Source of the DNA: Chrysomallon squamiferum
Lineage: Eukaryota > Animalia > Mollusca
Reading direction: 5' to 3'
Assembly: GCA_012295275.1 (NCBI GenBank)
Contig: CM022672.1
Location: forward strand, 8,494,001-8,558,000
DNA length: 64,000 bases
The notes below the pieces were generated by a model, which was given only the letters and a program-made list of their open reading frames with translations, did not search any database and was not told the origin of the DNA. Below are positions 40,711 to 64,000 of the stretch, one piece after another. Both the position numbers and the translations under genes were made by a program. Position 1 is the stretch's first letter. Each line of letters opens with the position of its first letter.

Positions 40711-43529
40711 TATTATTCTATCAGAGATTAATGTTAAGCAGAGAATCATAAATTGTTTATTAACATTATATCACCTTTGGTACATCTCTGAACATTAAAA
40801 AGTTAATAAATAAATCTAATAAATATCGTCGTGAAGCAAAGTAAGTAACACTTATTTTTATACATTTATTTATTTATAAACCGCATCACATACATGATAG
40901 TGTTATTGTAGAGATAATGTGTTCAGTCCTTTAAATACATACAAAACTTATTTTACTGCTATTATGTAAATAATCTATGCAGTCTAAAAAGTAAAACCTC
41001 AGTTGTATTGAACAGCTATGATGGAAATGATATATTATAATCAGCAAAATACAACTATATGAATTATAATAGCTTTTAAAAACACCAATAAATAAACTGT
41101 TTGATATTCTCTTGTTTTAGTGCGTAAAACGAAAATGAAGTATACAACAATTGTGGAAAATTGTGAACTATTGTGGAAATAGTATTTCATGTTAATTGGT
41201 TATTCGAGATCTCGCTAAATTATAAAACGTGTGATTGTATTCAAATATGTATATGTATATAAGTTTTATACTTATATATGAATAAAGATTTAAAAACTAA
41301 ATCTAGTTAAAAGTAAACAAACTGTACAATCTCTATAAAACTGGGGTAATCTGGGGAAATATCTAAATGCTTTGTAAATCGAAAAATTTAAAGTAATATT
41401 TCATTTATTTTTTTATAAATTTATTTATTATTTAATTTATTATATATTTTTTATTTATTTATTTTTTACTTTAATTTTTTTTTTTTTTTATTTTATTTTT
41501 TTTTTTTTTAATTGAGACACTATATGATACTTTCTACATAAAATAATTTCATCCACTTTTACTTATTTTCTAATCCATTCATTAAATTTTTATATATTAT
41601 TTCTACAAGTAACACGAAGAGGTTAAAGGCGTGGGGGTAAATGTAAAATATTAATATGTATGTATGTTATACGTATATGTGAATCAACTGTGCTGTATTC
41701 CTAGTGTAGAAATAATATATGCAATCCATATAGTATGTAGTAAAGCCTATTCTATTGCTACTGAGTAAACGATGTATTAAATTAGTCTCTAGCTGTATGA
41801 ATACAACGTACAGTAATACTACTTTTAAATTCTTCTATCAGTGTATGAGTTGTATTGACTATTTCAGTACTACAGAGACACCTGAGTAAGTATGTATGTG
41901 TGTGTGTATCTATATATGTATGTGTGAGTGAGTGTGTGTGTGTGTGTGTGTACATACATACATACATGCATACATACATACATATATATACATATATATG
42001 TATATACGTATTTTTGTATCAATATATGCATATATGTATGAAGGTGTGTATAAAATAAATAATTCCAAGAAGCTGTTATGGACAGATTGACATAAACACG
42101 TGTAAGACAGTAATAACAAATATATAATCAATGTCATTAAATTACTCACACAGATATAATATACTTTACACACTAAAACAATTATTTTATTTAAAGAATA
42201 GTCAAAACATACAATAAAATTAAATTTTCTTCTTATAATAAAGCTTATGACAGTTATATATATATATATTTTTGTGAAGTGTTTAGTTGAAACACTAGAT
42301 TTACACAATGAATTTCTTTCTTACATTTAACACAGCTACCTCTAGTAAACGCTCAGTCTGAGCTGTCACTAATGTTTCTTTAATTTTTGGACGACTCAAG
42401 GATAAATGGATGTTTTCACCAGATCAAAATTTTAGAAAGGTTCTATTCACAGAGTATTGCTACAGATGTTTCCTGTCATTAATAAAAATTCAAAACGAAG
42501 ATACTTACATATGTATAAAATATGAATTATTAAATTAAGCTGTGAAACGATATGTAAGAGAAGAAATCAAACTAAACACACTATACATTTAATATAATTA
42601 AACAATACCTCACTATTATACAAATTACCAAAAAAGATTTGTTCCACATTGATTTGTGAGGACACCCGCTAACATGTCTGGTTTTATCTGTAGTCCCAGT
42701 TATAAAAAGTCTCGAAGTCATTAAAACGATGATAATGTAACATATGTTCTAGGTAAGACTGCAGTAGCTTCTTTATTGTGAGGTTATCATCTTTAGAAAA
42801 TAATTTTAAGTCCAACAGGAACGACACATCCAATTTCATAAACAAAGAGAAAAAGAAGAAGAAGAAAAAAAATAAATTAAAAATATACGAAATTAGACTT
42901 TAATCTGATATAAACTAATAAAACCTACCATCAGAAAGTACAGTATTTTGTGAATAACTAATGATAGTTCTATGACTATATATTTTTATAATATAATAAA
43001 ATATAGGAGATGTTTGTCTAAACGTAAATCTATAAAATACACATATACACGTTAATCATATGCAGTGGTAAGTATATCTAAAGAACAAGATTTTTATAAA
43101 TGAAACAAAAACAAAAATAATCAGAAAACTGCTTGTCTGAGAAACGCTTGGTCTCTTAAAGGTGAGGCTCAAAAAAGGTTCCATGAGAATTCCACTGAGT
43201 AGACTTTTTCGTCAGAAATAAAGAATGTTTCGTTTTAGATTAACATGCAGATTTTTTCCACTTTCTTTTAAGCAGTATTTATGGACTATATATATATAAA
43301 TATATAATACTCTTTAAGAAATACACAAAAAGACAAATCATTAAAAATACCTAAATAACATAGCCATGTTAGTAATTAAACTGATATATATTCTAACGAT
43401 GTATTACTGAATAAATAGAACTGAACTCTGCTTGAGATAACAACAGTGTCTACACACTCGACTCTTTTATACACTGGATCTCCACAATGAATTACAATCA
43501 CTGTATAATTTGTTCTGTTTTTTCTCAGC

Positions 43530-52893
<9,364 letters not shown>

Positions 52894-53655
52894 GTTATCT
52901 GATTAAGACTACAGTAGAAATACCCAGAACTTTATTTGTTATAGACTAAATTTATTCCTTTTTCACAAGACACAAATAAATATTTCTCTTTCTTTTGATA
53001 ATCACCAAGCAAATCGAAACAAACAGAGTCACTGGAAATTCATCATAACATTCCTAAAACAATTTCATTACTGCTACTACTACTACTACTACTGCTGCTG
53101 CTACTACTAAACTACTACTACTACTACTACTACTACTTACTACTACTACTACTACTACTACTGCAATGTCTACTACTACTACTACTAATACTAAGTACTA
53201 CCATACTACTTTTTCATCTACAACGAATGATTTTTCTTTCTTTGATAATCTACAAATCTACACAAAAACACAGTCACTACTACATTCACACTGTAAAAAT
53301 CTTTTGTGAATTAAATAACGTGATTGTTTGAATTTGAATTTTTTATTCTTCTTAACTTATTATTTTGATTCAGACATTTAGACAGAAGAAAAAATAGTAG
53401 TTTTGTGAACAGATAAATAACGTGATTGTTTATTTTAATTTTAAAATTCTTAACTTATTATTTTGATTCAAAGTAAAAGTTTAGTTTCGGTCACGTTTTA
53501 TTTTTTAGTTTCGGTCACGTTTTATTTTGAAAACCGTTTGTGTCGTTGTTAACAAACAGTTATGCTGTCATTGTACACTAGGACAGAAATTAAACACTTC
53601 TACACAAAACACATTTGTAAATAAAATTTTAAATCTAATACTCATCTGTACTTAC

Positions 53656-53790
53656 CTGTATGAAATTAACAGATGTTCTCAACAAAATGTATTTTCAAAA
53701 TCTTTTGAGGAAATTGAAACTCTACCTGTAACCTATAAATAAAACATGGAAAACCCGTTAATGTTCTAAATTTAGTCAGCCCATTGCCGG
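53656..53790 (-). other. Probable non-coding first exon (5' UTR) of MIB-like copy A
   Basis: A strong donor CAG|GTAAGT lies at 53656/53655. A matching acceptor TTTCTACTGTAG| at 52909 sits 15 nt before the ATG. The 5' boundary is approximate. Confidence 0.5.
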
Positions 53791-55393
53791 AAGCAAATTA
53801 AAAGATTGTTTATTTATTTTATTTGTTTGTTCGTTTCTTTCTTTTCTTTCTTTCTTTCTTTCTTTGTCTGATTAAGTTGTATAAATATAAATAATCTCAC
53901 TGAACATGACGAATCAAACAATTGTTTCTCACTGGTAAGTAGCTGTCCGCGTTTATCCGCTTCCACTCATCTGGTGATTCATGTTTTTAAATGAAAACGG
54001 ACGGTGAAATCTAATTCTTTTATTTTTTATTATTATTTTTTTTTCGTTTTATTTTATTTTTTTATTTATTTATTTTTTTTTTTTATTTTTTTTGTTTTTC
54101 TTGCTTGGTTCTATTTTTATTTTTTTCCTTAGAGCATCAACTTATTTTCACTTGATTTATTCATCTTTATTGTTTTTTATTTTTTTATTTTGATTTTATT
54201 TATTTAAAAAGAGAAAGCTCGTTTTCGACAGTTATGTTTATTTTTTTTTTTGCTTGGTTTTAATTTTATTATTATTATTATTATTATTATTTTCCTTAGA
54301 GCATCAACTAACATTTATTTATTTAAAAAATGAAACTGAAAAATGTTATTAAATGAAAGAATGGAGGAGTTGGCGAACTAAAGAAAAACAGACAGTTTTT
54401 TTAATTTTTTCACAGTTTAACGATGTAATTTAATTTTCTTTACAAAACGATATTCCGTAATTTAAACTGACCGAGCTGTGTATTTAAAAAAAAATGTCTG
54501 TGATTAAATGAAAGAATGAAAAAAACAGCAAACTTTTTCAGATTTTTGTTTAACAATTTCTCTGATATTAAAAATAACTTCACTTGCCTGACCTTAACGC
54601 ATTGTTATTATTTATTTATTTATTGTTTGTTTCTTTTGTAAATTTTTTTTTTTAGTGTGTGTGTGTGTGTGGTCCCCTTTAGTCTTAATAATTTATGCAT
54701 GTTTATAAACTGGTCTAATTAAATATAAAAACAGTTAAGTATGACATATCGTGGTCACGTGACCTCTAAACGATCTGGAGATTGTTGTGTGGAGTGTTTC
54801 TTGATTTTGGTTATTATAAACAATCTCTGGTATCACACTTGTAATACATAAAAATTACTATTAACACGATATTTACATATTAAGAACTCTGATGTACACA
54901 TTCAAATACAGAGAGACAGATATATACAGATATCCTTAATTTTCTTTTTTAATAAAATTGTTTTAAATATAAAATATTACTGCTAGAAAAGTATGCAATT
55001 TGAATGATTCATTTTCACATTCTTCTTCTAGTGTGGGTCTCATAAATCTACTTTAGTCGTTAATCTGTCGAGTACACATGATGATATTGAGAAAAGAAAA
55101 ATGTATATTGTGTACGTAGTGTAAAGAAACTCATAAAAAGCGATCACAAAGAAGCAAGACGCATTTTTCGTTTTCACCTCAGATATCCTCTAAGAATAGA
55201 TGTCAGTATGTATGTGAACATTAAGTAGTAATGAAATATTTAAAACACAAATACACACTTACACTAATATATATACACCCACTTAAATCTTGATTATTAT
55301 ATATTAAGAGAATTTAACATATATTAGAAAGTGTATTTGAATGATAACGCAAATGTTTTTCTCTCTCTTTCTTTTTATTTGTTTCGAAAATAA

Positions 55394-55399
<6 letters not shown>

Positions 55400-55457
<58 letters not shown>
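55400..55457. repeat. (CT)n microsatellite
   Basis: Pure dinucleotide run. Confidence 0.95.
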
Positions 55458-55461
<4 letters not shown>

Positions 55462-57947
55462 GTTTTTCATAATTAATATATACATATTCACCAAAAGGCA
55501 GGAGTATTTTTAGTTTTTTACGATTCCTTTGGCGGGAGTTAAATTTAATGTATTTTATATTTTCTGTACCTATGGTGAACAGTCCCCCAGGAACACATTT
55601 TTCAAGTATGAGTTCCCGTATTAGCCACACGGAGGTGGGGGTATCATCACTCACCAGGTGACTCCTTGTCGCTGCGTTTAAGGTATGATATTTATTTATT
55701 TATCCATCTGTCTGTCTGTCTGTCTGTCTGTCTCTGTCTATCTATCTATCAATCTATTTCGCTATCTATCTATTAGTATTAGTATTATTTATATATTTAT
55801 TTATTTTTCTTCATTTGTTGATATGCTTTTTTATTTATTGTTTCTTTCTTTCCTTACATTAATTATTTCTTTGAAAACCAAATTTCATCCTAATTTTGTT
55901 TCATTCGTTTCTGTTGTATTCTAACATGTATCATTCCGTTTATCATTAGTGGTGAGGAAAAATAGTTCTGTAGTTATTATTATTATTTGTATATATTTTC
56001 TTTTAATATCACTTTATACGACATTCCAATATTTTATTTACTTATTAAACTATTAGTTAATTTTTATTTATATATTTATTTATAAACCATTGCTCATTGC
56101 TAAGGTAGAGATAACGTGTTCAATCCTTTAGTTATATACTAACATTTCTTTTACTGCTATTGTGTAAGTGATCTATGCAGTCTAAGTAAAACATAGTTTC
56201 TATACCAAAACTGTTGTAGAAATACATGAATCAATAAATTAAACCTATTACACTGAAAAAATCATTTAGAAGTGACTTGATGTGCTAAAGGAGCTGCTAA
56301 ATTCAAATATCAGTGTGTGTAATTAACCGTTTTGTGTTGTGTTATATCATGCACTGACGAAATGATACTTATTTTGAAAGCGGAGAAAGTAATTGCATAT
56401 CTAGCATCGGAGGAAACAGATGGGCTGTCCAAAATACCTATATGTATATATATGTACATATGTATGCATATTTGAATGAATGTACAAAATCAATAATAAA
56501 AATAAAAAAATAGTATGTACACACTGACATAAACGAACATAATGCATCAAAAAAATATGTATAGAGTCATTGTCCATAAATAACACACAATTATAACACC
56601 CTTTACACACTAGAAAAATATTTTATTTCAAGAAAAGTCAAAACACACAATAAAACTAAATTTTCTTCCTATAATAAATCTTATGATCGTCAACCATTTT
56701 TGCATTAAGTGGTTAGTTGAACTACTAGAATTACACAAGAAATTCCCTTCTTACATTTAACACAGGTCGAATTAGTAAACGCCAGTCTGAGCTGTCACTA
56801 ATATATATATATATCTATTTTTTTTTTTAAGAGCTCAAGAATAAGTGGATGCTTTCATCAGATTCGAAATTAAGAAAAGGTCGTATTGACAGAGTATTTC
56901 TACAGATGTTTCCTGTTATTAATAAAAACTGAAACAACAAATAGTTTAAAATAGTCATTTATATAGTCTGAATTACCAAAACAAGTTAACACAGTGAAAC
57001 GATCTGTAGTAGAAGAATTAGAAATAAACACAGCACACAGTTAATGTCACTAAATAATACCTCACTACACACAACAAATTATTACATCTTATTCACCAAA
57101 GGTTAAGTTTCACACTGATTTGAGGACACCCGCTTATATCTCTGGTTTTATCAGCTGTAGCTGTAAACAGAGCAGACCACCCAGAAGTCATTAAAACAGT
57201 GGTATTATAAAATACATTCTAGGCTTCACTGACACAGCATCCTTGTTTTGGTTATCGTATCTAAAAAATATCCCAGTTTGATAACACTGGGTAAAATGAT
57301 TTTAAGTGTAACTGGAATGTAAATCCGGATTAAAGTAATAAAACCTACCATCAGGAAGTACAGTGTTTTGTGGAATATTAATGATAGTTGTATGACTATA
57401 TATTTTTGTAATATAATAAAATATAGGAGATGTTTGTCTCAACGTATATCTATAAAATACACAAAGACACGTCAATCATATGCAGTGGTAAGTATATCTA
57501 AAGAACAATATTTGTATAAATGAAACAAAAAACAAAAATAATCAGAAAAGTCTGCCTGTCTGAGAAACGCTTGGTCTCTTAAAGGTGAGGCTCGAAAAAG
57601 GTTCAATGAGAATTCCATTGAGTAGACTTTTTCGTCAGAAATAAAGAATGTTTCGTTTTAGATTAACATGCAGATTTTTTCCACTTTCTTTTAAGCAATA
57701 TTTATGGACTATATAACTATAGATACTCATTAACAAATACACAAAAAAAACAAATAATTAAAATTAGCTAAGTCAAATAGCTATGTTAGTAGTTAAAACT
57801 GATGTATATTTTAACGATGTATTACTGAATAGACACAGAACTGAACTGCAGGACATAACAGTAGTATCTATACACTCGTCTCTTTTATTCATTGGATCTC
57901 AACAATGCATTATAATCACAGTAATATTTCTTCTGTTTTCTCTCAGC

Positions 57948-64000
<6,053 letters not shown>

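Overview
Very AT-rich, microsatellite-dense eukaryotic genomic DNA. It is animal, and protein style and repeat content suggest a mollusc or other lophotrochozoan (inference). All recognisable genes are spliced and on the minus strand, and I traced their exons by hand through GT-AG junctions and phases. (1) A 17-exon FHIP2/FAM160B gene, CDS 33510->7633, with an apparent 1-nt frameshift or alternative junction in its large low-complexity exon. (2) An intact 8-exon FNTA gene, 40539->36481, 324 aa. (3) A tandem pair of derived mind bomb (MIB2-like) E3 ligase genes in a ~15 kb duplication. Copy A is complete (52893->43530, 807 aa). Copy B runs off the window end and carries a +1 frameshift. Copy A has only one MIB SH3-like repeat. 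Both copies end in one atypical all-Cys RING-like finger and differ largely by amino-acid changes in ankyrin hairpin/inner-helix positions. Local tandem duplications repeatedly start at exon boundaries (stop codon, acceptors, donor). The last FHIP2 intron holds candidate frame-preserving microexons. Most ORF-track entries are microsatellite artefacts. No rRNA, intact tRNA or CRISPR was seen.
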